Shown in pieces: positions 62,771-64,000 of a DNA stretch of 64,000 bases. Each line of letters begins with the position of its first letter. Position 1 is the stretch's first letter. A model generated the notes under the pieces. That model made no database searches. It saw only the letters and a list, made by a program, of their open reading frames with translations, and was not told the DNA's origin. The translations under genes were made by a program, and so were the position numbers. Origin of the DNA: Owenia fusiformis (taxonomy: Eukaryota); the NCBI GenBank assembly GCA_903813345.2, contig CAIIXF020000001.1:3162001-3226000 (forward strand). The letters run 5' to 3'.

Positions 62771-64000
62771 CTGAAAAGAAGAAAACAACAACCTATAAAA
62801 ATCAATAAAAATGAGCAATAAGGATTTTTTGTTTAAAAATAAGTACATCAGATACACTTGATGGATCAACAGGCTCAATGAAAAGACATACATACATTCA
62901 TTATAATTACAACCATGAAATACCATTCAGGAGAGCACGAAGAAAAACCCCATTTCAAGTTTACATATGTAGAGCAGCAATCTATACTGGTGATAACTTA
63001 AATAATACGGAATATTGTCAATATATAAATCATCTATGGTTAATCTCACAATACATCTACTATGACATCTATCTGCATTATAAGGTAGATCTTGAACAAA
63101 ATCAATATGCATATTTTTGCTGCCATCTTTATGATGAAAATATTGCATATCAAAGCTTAAATTGAAATAAAGTATTGCTTGTAATGTCAACACTATAAAA
63201 AACAGCAACTCTATCATCATTTTGAACAGATTGCAATATACCCATAAAGCTGGACAAAATCAAATGAATGATTTTTGAGTTACCAAGAATTATGCTTTTC
63301 CTAAAAAACATAAACAGCAGCCATTTTGAACTTAGTAGCCATATTGAAAATAGGTAACTGCCTGAATCAAATCCAACAACTTGTATTTGAGTGATCATCT
63401 GGACAGACAGATGTATGGACAAATAGATGGATGAATGAATGAACAGACAATTAAACAGCATGTGGCATTTGTATATCCCTCATGAAAAAACTCTTAACTC
63501 TTCAAACTGGTTACAAAAATGGATTTGTTTCGATAATAAAATTGTGCAGTCTTTGAGGCACACATTTTCTTTTTCCATGATTTGTCGCAAACGTGTGTCG
63601 GCAGAAAAATTTTGAAACCCCGAGAGAGTGGGTTCACAACCAGGCATAATCTCTTTTTTCATTTTATAACTGCCAATAATACATTTTCTTGATCTCTCTT
63701 TACATACCACACTCATGTTGATCTATCAAGACACTGTCAATAATACATTTTCTAGATCTCTCTTTACATACCACACTCATGTTGATCTATCAAGACACTT
63801 TTTGGCTATATAAGTCATTATATACAATGGAATAATAATATTTTCCTACTGATTCATAATAATATTAAAAATTATTTTATTTTTTCTCAAGATCTGGACG
63901 GTGAATTTTCATAAATGTTATTTCAAATACTTTCGTATTTCTATAATAATCACAATTTTTTAGAAGCAAAACTGAATTTTGCAATTTTTAAAAAAAATAT

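Noticed and set aside
63674-63798. ~62-bp direct duplication; also a ~45-bp direct repeat at 48867/49166
   Set aside because: Ordinary local duplications with no further structure.

Overview
AT-rich animal genomic DNA with GT-AG introns (probably an invertebrate; taxon not determinable from sequence alone). Two tandem paralogous multi-exon genes lie on the minus strand. Gene B (~19612 to >62770, 5' end outside the window) has 34 visible coding exons encoding sushi/CCP, a small CxxDxDC Cys-rich double module, two more sushi, 28 EGF-like repeats on 27 exons, two sushi and a C-terminal chitin-binding type 2 (CBM14/peritrophin-A) domain. That is ~1,590 aa visible, with no transmembrane segment. 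Gene A (<3309 to 12053 or beyond) is a close paralog showing the N-terminus: signal peptide, RYKR furin-type site, sushi, Cys-rich, sushi, sushi and one EGF. All domain exons are symmetric phase-1 modules, and the EGF region shows recent exon duplication, fusion and decay. Introns are rich in transposons: a 5.3-kb piggyBac-like element with decayed transposase and possible cargo, a deleted mariner, a 5'-truncated LINE, a CMC-like element nested in a foldback, a CAC-ended MITE with a 5-bp TSD, other MITEs, and many Helentron/HINE-like elements with internal satellites. Exon boundaries were read by hand from splice dinucleotides and frame continuity; no database searches were run.
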